This document shows positions 18,467 through 26,633 of a stretch of DNA of 64,000 bases, piece after piece. Both the position numbers and the translations under genes were made by a program. Where the stretch lies: the IMG/VR virus record IMGVR_UViG_3300042508_000526. One strand, written 5' to 3'. This stretch comes from a virus (taxonomy: Duplodnaviria; Caudoviricetes). Below the pieces are notes generated by a model. It did not search any database. It saw nothing but the letters and a program-made list of their open reading frames with translations, and was not told where the DNA came from. The number at the start of each line of letters is the position of its first letter. The first letter of the stretch is position 1.

Positions 18467-19549
18467 TCAGCCGTCATTCCGGGCTTTCACCACCATCTGC
18501 CCCTTCGCAGGCCACAATACCATCTGTTGCATTGTGTCCTCGTCAGTTACATCTTTCAGTAACTGCAGAGCTGTTACTGGACGCTGCGCGATCTCTTCCT
18601 TGCGCTTGTCATTGAGCTTGTCGCGCAGGACGAGCTTCAGCGCGTCATACCGCGGATACGTGTTCCATTCCCAGCCGTCCTCGTTGACCGGGTTGTACTC
18701 AGCGTACTTCCCAGACACGTAATGGTTGGTTTGCGCCATCGCATGTCGCTTGGTGCGAATGGTCGACGTATCCCCGACATGAGTTACAACAGTGTGTTCT
18801 TTGGACTTGGTACCGACCACGTGCGCAAAAAACGGCACCATGGTTTCGTAGTTACGCAAGCCGAGAACTAACCCGTTGTAACTTGGCAGCTGATCACACA
18901 CGGCTCTGACCCGCTGTAAGGCAGGCCATTTGAAGAGCAGTGTGGGAGCTGCCAGCCAACCAGACCAAGTGTTAAGCTTGTTAACAATTGGCGCCTGATT
19001 GACCGTGACTGCCCAGTTGTCAGCCATTGCAGATATCACGCCCACCATGCCAGCAACGCCCACAGATGTGTAGGACTTGTTGCCACGGTGAAAGCGCAAG
19101 ATCTTGGTGTGCCGGCCTGTACTGCGCGGCACCACCCAGTCCATGTTCCGGACCAGCAATGGCGTGTTATCAACCTCGAAGCTGATACTGGAGCACCCAC
19201 AACCGTACATCTCGGCAAGAGATGTAAAGTCGTAGATGAGGTTCCCCAGCATCAACTTACCCACAGGGACATCAGCGTGCTGGGCAATGCACGCCAGTTC
19301 CTGTGTGTACTCTTCACCAAATTGATTGACAACTTGGCGAAGTAACCAGCCGGTGCCGGAAGCCAAAGCATGCAGCGCGGTACAGAGCGTGCTGCCCAGA
19401 TATGGCTCCAGTTCTTCTGAGACGGCGGTTTCCACGTCGTCCAGAAGCTCAGCGATGGCTCCGGCTTCACGCTGCGCGAATGTCGCCCAGCGTGTGTCGG
19501 CCGGCTCGTCGAGGTCGATGTCATGAACCCGCCGAGGACTTGTAAACAT
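18467..19549 (-). CDS. acid ceramidase/NAAA-like Ntn hydrolase
   Basis: IDLDEPADTRW, G-CSSI nucleophile, VRNMDW, QTNHY. Confidence 0.8.
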   Translation of the reverse strand: MFTSPRRVHDIDLDEPADTRWATFAQREAGAIAELLDDVETAVSEELEPYLGSTLCTALHALASGTGWLLRQVVNQFGEEYTQELACIAQHADVPVGKLMLGNLIYDFTSLAEMYGCGCSSISFEVDNTPLLVRNMDWVVPRSTGRHTKILRFHRGNKSYTSVGVAGMVGVISAMADNWAVTVNQAPIVNKLNTWSGWLAAPTLLFKWPALQRVRAVCDQLPSYNGLVLGLRNYETMVPFFAHVVGTKSKEHTVVTHVGDTSTIRTKRHAMAQTNHYVSGKYAEYNPVNEDGWEWNTYPRYDALKLVLRDKLNDKRKEEIAQRPVTALQLLKDVTDEDTMQQMVLWPAKGQMVVKARNDG

Positions 19550-19554
19550 GATGT

Positions 19555-20109
19555 TTAATTCCTCGATGGTGACAAAGAACGGCAGGCATCCAGCCCATCG
19601 AGCAGGGCCTGCAGCTTGGTGTCCCGAACCTTGGCCTGTGCATCTCGCACTCTGTCAGCCGGGGTTTCGGGCAGCACGGGGCCGACGAGGCCACCATGCT
19701 TGTTGAGCACCAGCACCACCACCTCCACGGGCACCCAGCCGAAGACGTCGCCAGTGCCGTCTTCAGTGCCCATGTCGGAGTACGGCGCCAGCAGCGGCTC
19801 AGGCTGCGTGGGGAAACCGATCTCCACTGCGTTCCACGGGCCGGTGTCCCGGCGCGGGGAGCAGTAGTGACTCTGGCTGGCCTGCACCGACATGCTGAAG
19901 CCGTCTCGGCAGAGCATGGGCCGGCGCTGGTACAACCCGGACTCGGGCTTCCAGTACCGGACGTTGTTCATGTCGTTGAGGTACCCGTTCACCAGCGCCA
20001 GCGCGTTTTCGAGCTGCGCGATCTTGGCGAAGTGATACCCCATGACGACCAACATCGCCACGACAGCCGCGACCAGACCGGTGACCACGATGTTAACATC
20101 TGCGAACAT
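19555..20109 (-). CDS. conserved phage hypothetical protein with N-terminal membrane anchor
   Basis: CRDGFSMSVQASQSHYCSPR...VEIGFP...GWVPVEVV block. Confidence 0.7.
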   Translation of the reverse strand: MFADVNIVVTGLVAAVVAMLVVMGYHFAKIAQLENALALVNGYLNDMNNVRYWKPESGLYQRRPMLCRDGFSMSVQASQSHYCSPRRDTGPWNAVEIGFPTQPEPLLAPYSDMGTEDGTGDVFGWVPVEVVVLVLNKHGGLVGPVLPETPADRVRDAQAKVRDTKLQALLDGLDACRSLSPSRN

Positions 20110-20205
20110 ACAGACTCTCCTTCAAGCGCTGCGAGAATGCAGCAGAAGAGCCGCCAAAACCCGGGCAGCCCTACGGGGATGCTGATTACACGTCAGCATC
20201 ACCGT

Positions 20206-20233
20206 ATATGCCCGCTTTTGGTCTTTTATTTAG
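20206..20233 (-). promoter_or_regulatory. phage promoter CTAAAT-N17-CATAT
   Basis: motif copy followed by an 8-bp hairpin. Confidence 0.75.
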
Positions 20234-20236
20234 CTA

Positions 20237-22462
20237 TCAGGAGGCGGCCGCAACTCCAGCCCCTGCGCCACCCACAGCAGCCGCTCCGCCAGCCCCATAG
20301 GCCAAGCGTTTCCCGGCCGGCACCATCGGCGACGCGACCGTCATGCCATACTGGAGCATGGGCTTGTACACATACTTGCCAACCGCGGGCATAACGCCGG
20401 ATTCATGCGGCTTGTACACCATGCTGTGATCCGCGGCCGACAGCCCTTGCAGCCGGCGCGGTGAAAGCTGGAACTCCACGGGTGTCTGGCCCAGCGTGCC
20501 CTTGATGTTCCAGCCGTGATAGCCCGGGCGCTGGAGCATTTGCGATTTACTTATGTTTACGCCGGCCTCTGTCAGCTGCTTCGTTAAGCTATCAATGACA
20601 GGTTGGTCATAACCGCCCTGCGATGTGAGCCGAAAGCCCAGCAGGTCATTGGTTATTGTGTCGCCGTGGCCAGCAATACTTTGCGGTGTCTTTACCCGGC
20701 CGGCATACACTTGGAACCCTTTGGGCTGAAATGACTTCAAGAACTCATTGCCGGCCTGTAACGCCTGCTCACGTTCTTTCTGGAAAACGCCTTGGGGCAC
20801 ATTGTCGCCCAGCGTTGTCATGGGGCCACGAAATGCGCTTCGAGCTGCGCCCACAGCCTTCGAGATACCCTTGAGACCAATGCGCCGGCCGAACTCCATG
20901 AGATTCGCCGACTTTTCTTTTTCGTCGGGCCAGCCGGGTTGCAACTGGTATTCGTACACGGGCTCGCCATGCAGCAGTTGTTTCTTGGCGAGGGCTGGAA
21001 CTTTGCCGACCATAGCGCCGGACGGATCGGGTTGCAGGCGATAGCGTTCCTGCAGCCATTGTTTTTTGTATTCCGGATCTGTTTTGGCCAGCCGCATGAA
21101 CCCCTGTGTCTGCACAAAGTTTTCGATATCTTTGGGCGCAAGGGAAACATTATGTAATCTCTCGGGCGGCACGCTCAGGGGCGTAATCTTGTAGTGTGTG
21201 CCTTCTTCTAACTGGCGCTTGTGTGTCCGCTCCGCCAGATGTTTACGCAGCCGGTCGAGAACTTCCTGCTGTTTCTTCTTGTTCCCGGGAATGATGGCGC
21301 GCGCTTCCCCTGTCCGGGCATTGTTGTAGGCCAGTCCGGGGTGCTGCAGCTCATCAAGAATCTGGTGTAAAGACTTGCGCAGGTTCACGCCCTGCACATT
21401 GCCCTCAAAGCTGTACACGGCAGACTGCTTGCCGAACTCATAGGCGCTGGAGCATTTGCAGTTCCACTTGCGCAGAGATTTGTTAATGCGCGAGTCAGGA
21501 TCTTTGGCCGTGCTGGCGCCAGTGTTAACTCGACGCATGCCGCACATACGGGAGCAGAAAGAATTCTGGCGCTTGGCCCGGTCGCCCTTGGGGTTACTTT
21601 CGGTCACAGGGGCTTTTAAGTTCCCGCCGTGCTCCCGTTCGTAGCTCTTGCGCCCCTTCTCGTTGAGGCCGCCAGCTTCGTTTTTGCCCTCGCTGCGCTG
21701 CCATGCCGGAGTTGACGATATCTTTTCGCTGCTATTGGCGGTCCCAAAAGACGCATTGCCGTTAATATCGCCGCTGGACGAGATAGCCCCATAAGAATTA
21801 ATGGGATTGGCGTTGGGAGAGCTACCGCCGCCTACTGGAGGAAGCTGCCCGGATTGCCCTTGGGCGCTCGCTTGGCCGCCAGCAGGGGCCGCCGGGGCTG
21901 CAGGAGCCTGTGCCATACCCATTGGGGGCGGCGTCGCGGCAGCTGGCATGGCGTATCGTTTAATTCCACTGTTCATCGGCTGTAACTGGGCGTTTCGGGC
22001 CTCCTGTTCAGCCTTTTCATTCTCGATCGCCTGCATAATCGGCTGGGACAAGACGACCGAAAGCTTTTTAAACAAGCTATTTTCCGCTTTTTCCGGCATT
22101 TTTTCGCAGATATGGTTTTCCCCCACGGTTTCTGCCGGCTGGACGGGTTTTTCACCTGCCGCCATGGGTTTATCACTCTGGGGGAGCGTAACTTTAACCG
22201 TTGTAGACTCGGCTTTCTTGCAAATTTGGCTGTAAATACTTACCGCTAATGACTTTGCAGAAAAATCCCAGTTGTTTGGCACCATGGCTGTTTTCTTATT
22301 TGTATCGTCGTCGCTGGACTCTGGCTTTTTGTCTTCTTGAGCCTTGTCAGAGACGTACAGAGGGAGCTTTTTAGGCTTCGGATACTCATGCGCCCAGCGT
22401 TTGGCAATATCTGGGTGCGCAGCCCAGAGAAACCGTCGCTGTTTTTCTGAGCGAAAGGGCAT
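20237..22462 (-). CDS. modular polyprotein-like: MPFxS motif + DUF6321-like + acylphosphatase-like + RelA/SpoT synthetase-like
   Basis: AWQRSEGKNEAGGLN; FEGNVQGVNLR; GRVKTPQSI, DLLGFR, GYHG, VEFQL, DHSMVYKP. Confidence 0.8.
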   Translation of the reverse strand: MPFRSEKQRRFLWAAHPDIAKRWAHEYPKPKKLPLYVSDKAQEDKKPESSDDDTNKKTAMVPNNWDFSAKSLAVSIYSQICKKAESTTVKVTLPQSDKPMAAGEKPVQPAETVGENHICEKMPEKAENSLFKKLSVVLSQPIMQAIENEKAEQEARNAQLQPMNSGIKRYAMPAAATPPPMGMAQAPAAPAAPAGGQASAQGQSGQLPPVGGGSSPNANPINSYGAISSSGDINGNASFGTANSSEKISSTPAWQRSEGKNEAGGLNEKGRKSYEREHGGNLKAPVTESNPKGDRAKRQNSFCSRMCGMRRVNTGASTAKDPDSRINKSLRKWNCKCSSAYEFGKQSAVYSFEGNVQGVNLRKSLHQILDELQHPGLAYNNARTGEARAIIPGNKKKQQEVLDRLRKHLAERTHKRQLEEGTHYKITPLSVPPERLHNVSLAPKDIENFVQTQGFMRLAKTDPEYKKQWLQERYRLQPDPSGAMVGKVPALAKKQLLHGEPVYEYQLQPGWPDEKEKSANLMEFGRRIGLKGISKAVGAARSAFRGPMTTLGDNVPQGVFQKEREQALQAGNEFLKSFQPKGFQVYAGRVKTPQSIAGHGDTITNDLLGFRLTSQGGYDQPVIDSLTKQLTEAGVNISKSQMLQRPGYHGWNIKGTLGQTPVEFQLSPRRLQGLSAADHSMVYKPHESGVMPAVGKYVYKPMLQYGMTVASPMVPAGKRLAYGAGGAAAVGGAGAGVAAAS

Positions 22463-22586
22463 GGCGAAGCTCGTATGTCAGGCGCTGCTGTTTCCCAAGC
22501 TGAATACGCTTATTGTGGCATATGAAACGTGGGAAGAAAAGGGCATGCTATACTGGCGCGCTGGGGAGTTACAAAAGGAGGCCGCC

Positions 22587-22916
22587 ATGCACGCGCTCAA
22601 GACGAGTTTTATTTCGCTGGCGTTGATTCTGTGGGCTGGGGAAGCCTACGCAGAAACCTTAGAGATGTTTTCGGCTGACTGGTGTAAATACTGTCAGCAG
22701 GCGAAAGCAGATTTACTGCCTGAAGATGCGCTGGTGGATAAATACCGGCTGGAAATCATCGACGTGGACCGGGCCAAGGAACTCGCCAAAGATAACAATA
22801 TCAAAACCCTGCCCACGTTTATCCTGCGCGATGACGAGGGGAAAGAAATTGCCCGCCAGACCGGATATCACGGCCTGCGAAAGTTTAAACGCTGGCTAGA
22901 AAATCACACCCGCTAA
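22587..22916 (+). CDS. thioredoxin-like protein with signal peptide
   Basis: AAGGAGG RBS; WCKYC and LPTF (cis-Pro) motifs; the only convincing plus-strand gene. Confidence 0.85.
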   Translation: MHALKTSFISLALILWAGEAYAETLEMFSADWCKYCQQAKADLLPEDALVDKYRLEIIDVDRAKELAKDNNIKTLPTFILRDDEGKEIARQTGYHGLRKFKRWLENHTR

Positions 22917-22976
22917 AATGGCAGGCCGCAAAGCTTTGTGCCAATTAGGCAGTGCTGTCTTGGAGCGCTGATATCT

Positions 22977-23005
22977 AAAAAAAGAGGGTACGGTGTATAC
23001 CCTCT
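22977..23005 (-). terminator. intrinsic terminator
   Basis: AGAGGGTA/TACCCTCT 8-bp stem plus T7. Confidence 0.8.
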
Positions 23006-23581
23006 CCGCGTTAACGTACGCGTTCCACGGGCCTATCTCTGACTCATCGTCAGTTGGGACCACCCATGCGTTTTCTCTAGAGGTTCTGCACCTCTAGCTA
23101 CCGCTTGGACATTACATCCGCGCGCTTCTACCAGTGAGGTTGCCCATACCCAAACCTCACCAGTTCTAGCGGCACAACACGACGTGCATAACACTCGTGC
23201 CACACCCTGTGCTAGATTCGATTGGCCAACGCAAAACCGCATGGCTCTACACCGTAAGAAACGGAACAAGAAAAATTAGAAACCACCTGCTTTAGACTTT
23301 CTTGCGAAAGCTATCACATGGCGTTTCTCCCGATTGGAGCAGCGCGCCAATCACGCGTCACTGTGCGTAGTTGCAGAGTGAAAATAAGTGCGATGTAGAT
23401 TTCTCCGGCATTACGGAGACCGCTACAACACGGCTTGGTACTGCGACCAACTTTACTGCTGCACTGAACAGCGCTGTCTGTATGATTTCCTCGGGGATAT
23501 ACGAGGACCGCATACTCGGCCAAGCACTCCGGCTTGCTTTACCGTGGACAGGCATTGCACGATTGATAGGTATTCCCCATC
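23006..23581 (-). ncRNA. large structured ncRNA candidate 1 (about 575 nt, ROOL-like size)
   Basis: own promoter and terminator, no credible ORF, more than 12 hairpins, repeated internal-loop module, 5'-3' long-range pairings. Confidence 0.7.
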
Positions 23582-23586
23582 ACTAG

Positions 23587-23614
23587 ATATACCCGGTTTT
23601 TGCCCGATATTTAG
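23587..23614 (-). promoter_or_regulatory. phage promoter CTAAAT-N17-TATAT
   Basis: motif copy directly upstream of ncRNA candidate 1. Confidence 0.75.
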
Positions 23615-23679
23615 CTGGGCCCTGATAGCTAAAGAAAGCTTGCGCTTTGCGGAGCCGTCGCCTCCGCTGCCGACATGCT

Positions 23680-24063
23680 TTAGCTCGCCGTGAGCCGCTC
23701 GAAGATCGCGAGGACCTCCGGCATCTTGGTGTTGACGATTTCCTTGATTTCGTCATTCACCGCGACTTGAATCGGACCGGCGTTCTCAACCCACTTCTGC
23801 CCGACACCGGCGGCGAAGAAGTCGGCCAGCGCGGCCATCTCTTCGTCGGTGAAGTTTTCACGCAGGTGGCGCGCCATTACGGGCGCGAACGTGTCGATCG
23901 TGAAGACCTCCAGAAAGGCGGCCTTCATTGACTCGACCATCTGGGCTGGCAACAAGCCATTGCCCATGTTTTCGATCATGTTCTTCACCATCGTGTCGAA
24001 CATGTCACCGGCACTGATCACCGCCAGAAGCCGATCAACCGACGTCGCAGTTTCCATCGTCAT
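23680..24063 (-). CDS. DUF2059-like protein
   Basis: LRENFTDEEMAALADFFAAGVGQKW. Confidence 0.7.
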   Translation of the reverse strand: MTMETATSVDRLLAVISAGDMFDTMVKNMIENMGNGLLPAQMVESMKAAFLEVFTIDTFAPVMARHLRENFTDEEMAALADFFAAGVGQKWVENAGPIQVAVNDEIKEIVNTKMPEVLAIFERLTAS

Positions 24064-24174
24064 TTCTCCGTGAAAGCAGGAGTAACCACAGCTTCAGCAT
24101 GCAACGCGCATGTGAACTCCAACCGGGTTACCGTGAGAGCGCCGCAGGGCAAGCCTACAGCATATCGACATCGC

Positions 24175-24396
24175 TCAGTTCCGGCCGTCCCACTCGAAGG
24201 TAGCTTCGAGCGGATTGGCTGCCGGACGAACCTTCCGCGGTTTGCGCGAAGGCTTGGGGGCTGGCTTGGACGCCGGTGGTGGCGGCGGCTCAGACCAGCG
24301 CTGCGCTAGATCCACATACTCGGAATACTGCTGAGACGCAGCACCAATCCAATAAAGAACCGCGCAGGCAACCACGATCCAGACGAACGCTGACAT
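24175..24396 (-). CDS. small membrane-anchored Pro-rich protein
   Basis: N-terminal helix, PPPPP linker. Confidence 0.6.
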   Translation of the reverse strand: MSAFVWIVVACAVLYWIGAASQQYSEYVDLAQRWSEPPPPPASKPAPKPSRKPRKVRPAANPLEATFEWDGRN

Positions 24397-24476
24397 ATTT
24401 GCACCTTTCTCATGGGGTGTCCTTCATACAGGTTACTGGGGCGTAATATTTATGGCTTACGCCCATCGTTCACCTA

Positions 24477-24504
24477 ATATGCCCGCGTTCTGGCGCAAAT
24501 TTAG
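24477..24504 (-). promoter_or_regulatory. phage promoter CTAAAT-N17-CATAT
   Basis: motif copy followed by the GGGCGTAA/TTACGCCC hairpin. Confidence 0.75.
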
Positions 24505-24617
24505 AGCGTCAAAAAGATGATCAGGTCGAGGTCGTCTTCGTCCTCGTAGTCCCAATCTTCGCTCCCACGAGCGGAACGGGGCGGAATGGCGCAGGGCTGG
24601 CTCGTTGTCGCTGGCAT
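24501..24617 (-). CDS. 38-aa acidic peptide (MPATTSQP...DEDDLDLIIFLTL)
   Basis: translated manually; GGAGG RBS; below the ORF-track cutoff. Confidence 0.55.
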   Translation of the reverse strand: MPATTSQPCAIPPRSARGSEDWDYEDEDDLDLIIFLTL

Positions 24618-24688
24618 GGTCTAGCCTCCGGATTTAGATATTTGGACCGAAGGGCTATTTTACAAACCAGCCTGCTCCAGATTGTTAT

Positions 24689-24716
24689 CTAAATCGGCTA
24701 CAGGCACCGGCGATAT
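24689..24716 (+). promoter_or_regulatory. plus-strand near-match promoter CTAAAT-N17-GATAT
   Basis: same spacing; points into the palindrome pair. Confidence 0.4.
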
Positions 24717-24722
24717 ACGCAA

Positions 24723-24810
24723 TTTGACGTAAGTGTTTGCAACACAAAGACTTACGTCAAAAAGGTATTCCGGTTTGACGTAACATGTTGCGGCACAAGG
24801 ACTTAGCGCT
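24723..24810. repeat. pair of related palindromic elements (TTTGACGTAAGT-N15-ACTTACGTCAAA and a degenerate copy 51 bp downstream)
   Basis: 12-bp inverted repeat plus direct repeat. Confidence 0.7.
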
Positions 24811-24817
24811 AATAGCT

Positions 24818-24843
24818 AAAAAAAGCGGCGCCGAAGCCCGCTC
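24818..24843 (-). terminator. intrinsic terminator
   Basis: GCGG...CTTCGG...CCGC hairpin plus T7. Confidence 0.7.
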
Positions 24844-24844
24844 G

Positions 24845-25605
24845 TGTCCGGTTTCATCACATGGTCGGATTCCACGCCACTGGGACAGACTAATGCGCTA
24901 GCCCGCCCGGTGGTGTTATATGCGCTTAAGGGCAACAGCAAGTAAGTGCGCAGTTACTTGTCGGCAGCAACGATGCGCATACCGCACCGCCTATGCTGTT
25001 GGGTCAGCCACTCACACCCATAGGGTCTTCTATGGGTGGAGCCTTTGAGGCCGCTGACCAGAACCTTCGCATTGCCGAAGCGAACGCGTCTAGGTTGTTA
25101 ACACAAGCAACGCCCACGGAGCAGGTACTACTACCCGCCTTGACCCCGTGATCCGTTTATTAGGCTACGTATACCATTGGGCTCAACTTATTAACGCTGA
25201 TCAGGCGTTAGTTTGTCGGGCTATTGATATACCGCAGGACTTTCACCTGCACCCCCCGCTCTCCTAAGTACTTTTTTATGAGCACAGTCGAGGAAGGAAC
25301 GCTCGTTTGCACACCATAGCACTCGCTTGTATGGCTTAACAGGGCGCTACCCCCGTGCAAACTCCATTGCCTTAACGCCTACCCCCACGAAATTCAACCA
25401 CCAAGGTTGCTCCCCATCCCTTGCGGAATGGGCCTCAGTGTGCGTGCACCCAGAGATTAGTTCATCTCACACGCTTCCGTAGGCGCTGCTTGTGTTAACA
25501 ACGCTAATAAATCCGACGCATTGCCATATTTCCACGTTACGCGTCGGACGTACATGGGGCCGGGCTTCGACCCCAGCGGACTGATGCTCACCCAGTTCGT
25601 GTAAA
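24845..25605 (-). ncRNA. large structured ncRNA candidate 2 (about 760 nt, GOLLD-like size and context)
   Basis: 27-bp long-range helix 25476-25502/25094-25120, multibranch domains, GCAA and TGAAAGT loops, terminator at the 3' end. Confidence 0.72.
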
Positions 25606-25610
25606 ACTCC

Positions 25611-25802
25611 TTAGTTACGATTGACGTGAATGATAAACCCCTCGCCGAACGGTAGACGAAAAGCAGGGTCTGCAATAATCTTGCCATTGACCTCGACTCT
25701 TTCCTCGACGATTAGCCGCCGAGCAATGTGCTCGTCGACAGGCGTTTTGGAAAAAGGACCTACCTCGACCAGATAGTCTACGAGTGTTTGTTCTTTGGCC
25801 AT
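25611..25802 (-). CDS. stand-alone S4 RNA-binding domain protein
   Basis: LVDYLVEVG...IARRLIVEERVEVNGKIIADP. Confidence 0.75.
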   Translation of the reverse strand: MAKEQTLVDYLVEVGPFSKTPVDEHIARRLIVEERVEVNGKIIADPAFRLPFGEGFIIHVNRN

Positions 25803-25851
25803 TTGAAACTCCTTGTGGTTGTTTAACTAACGTCCCAACCGTGCACACAAT

Positions 25852-25879
25852 ATATGCCAGCATTTGACCGGTTATTTAG
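25852..25879 (-). promoter_or_regulatory. phage promoter CTAAAT-N17-CATAT
   Basis: motif copy upstream of the S4 gene and ncRNA candidate 2. Confidence 0.75.
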
Positions 25880-25882
25880 TTA

Positions 25883-26098
25883 TCAAACCAACCGGTCAAT
25901 TGCTGCCACAATTGCGGCCGAATACCGCAACCCGATATCTTCGGCCTCACTGCCCTCGCCGTACGCCTGCTGCAGTTCTTCCTGCATCTTGAGTACGGCG
26001 GCCCTCGTCTCAGCCAGCGTCCGGCGCATGTCCTTGAGCTGGATTTCCGGCGCTGTCTTGTACCGCAACCCCGCCTTCGTCGTCACTTGCGGTTCCAA
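25883..26098 (-). CDS. hypothetical protein
   Basis: AAGGAG RBS before a TTG start; helical; overlaps 26010..26327. Confidence 0.45.
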   Translation of the reverse strand: MEPQVTTKAGLRYKTAPEIQLKDMRRTLAETRAAVLKMQEELQQAYGEGSEAEDIGLRYSAAIVAAIDRLV

Positions 26099-26327
26099 AT
26101 CGCTCTCCTTCTTTCTCACACAGGTCGTCCACCATTGGTTGTTCCAGTTCGTCGCCGCCTGATGCGTTGCCATGTTGCGTCTCTTCGAGGAAATAAAGAA
26201 TGTCGCTGATCGCGCCATCGACAGCACTGACCGCTTGTCGAATCTTGGTCTCAGCGACGCATAGTTCACGTTTTGTTTTAATCATCGTCTTCAGCGTGTC
26301 AACTAAAACTCGCCTTGTCATGTGCAC
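26010..26327 (-). CDS. hypothetical protein
   Basis: ORF track; follows 26334..26618 directly. Confidence 0.5.
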   Translation of the reverse strand: MHMTRRVLVDTLKTMIKTKRELCVAETKIRQAVSAVDGAISDILYFLEETQHGNASGGDELEQPMVDDLCEKEGERFGTASDDEGGVAVQDSAGNPAQGHAPDAG

Positions 26328-26333
26328 TTCTTT

Positions 26334-26618
26334 CTAGCGCAGAGCATCGAACGATTCTTGCAGGCCTACCGCGCGGTCGGCCAGAAACCGAGCCACGCGA
26401 TCCATCACGTCGATGATGCCTTGGTTTTTGTATACCCGCCGGGCCTCCGTCGGCGAGTACGCACCAAAGCACGTGACTTTCAGCAGTATGGGCGAGCCGC
26501 GGTCGGTCACCTCGACCTTTTCGATGTGACACATTTGGTCGCCCACGATGCCATCTTCCAGTGCGCGATTGCATGTATCGCGCAGCGCCTCAATGAACCA
26601 GCGCATGTTGTTGTCCAC
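26334..26618 (-). CDS. hypothetical protein
   Basis: AAGGAG RBS; GC3-rich. Confidence 0.65.
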   Translation of the reverse strand: MDNNMRWFIEALRDTCNRALEDGIVGDQMCHIEKVEVTDRGSPILLKVTCFGAYSPTEARRVYKNQGIIDVMDRVARFLADRAVGLQESFDALR

Positions 26619-26633
26619 TTGCTACTCCTTTGG

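Noticed and set aside
23038-23055. CTGACGATGAGTCAG as a hammerhead core (CUGANGA)
   Set aside because: No downstream GAAA or stem II/III geometry; it forms a simple hairpin.
23033-23693. short ORFs (23033..23269, 23314..23523, 23358..23555, 23371..23586, 23388..23693)
   Set aside because: Cys/Ser-rich random-looking translations without RBS, lying inside the densely base-paired ncRNA candidate 1.
25457-25687. 76-aa ORF from the track
   Set aside because: It overlaps the S4 gene and one arm of the 27-bp RNA helix, has no RBS or recognisable motif, and is better explained as part of ncRNA candidate 2.
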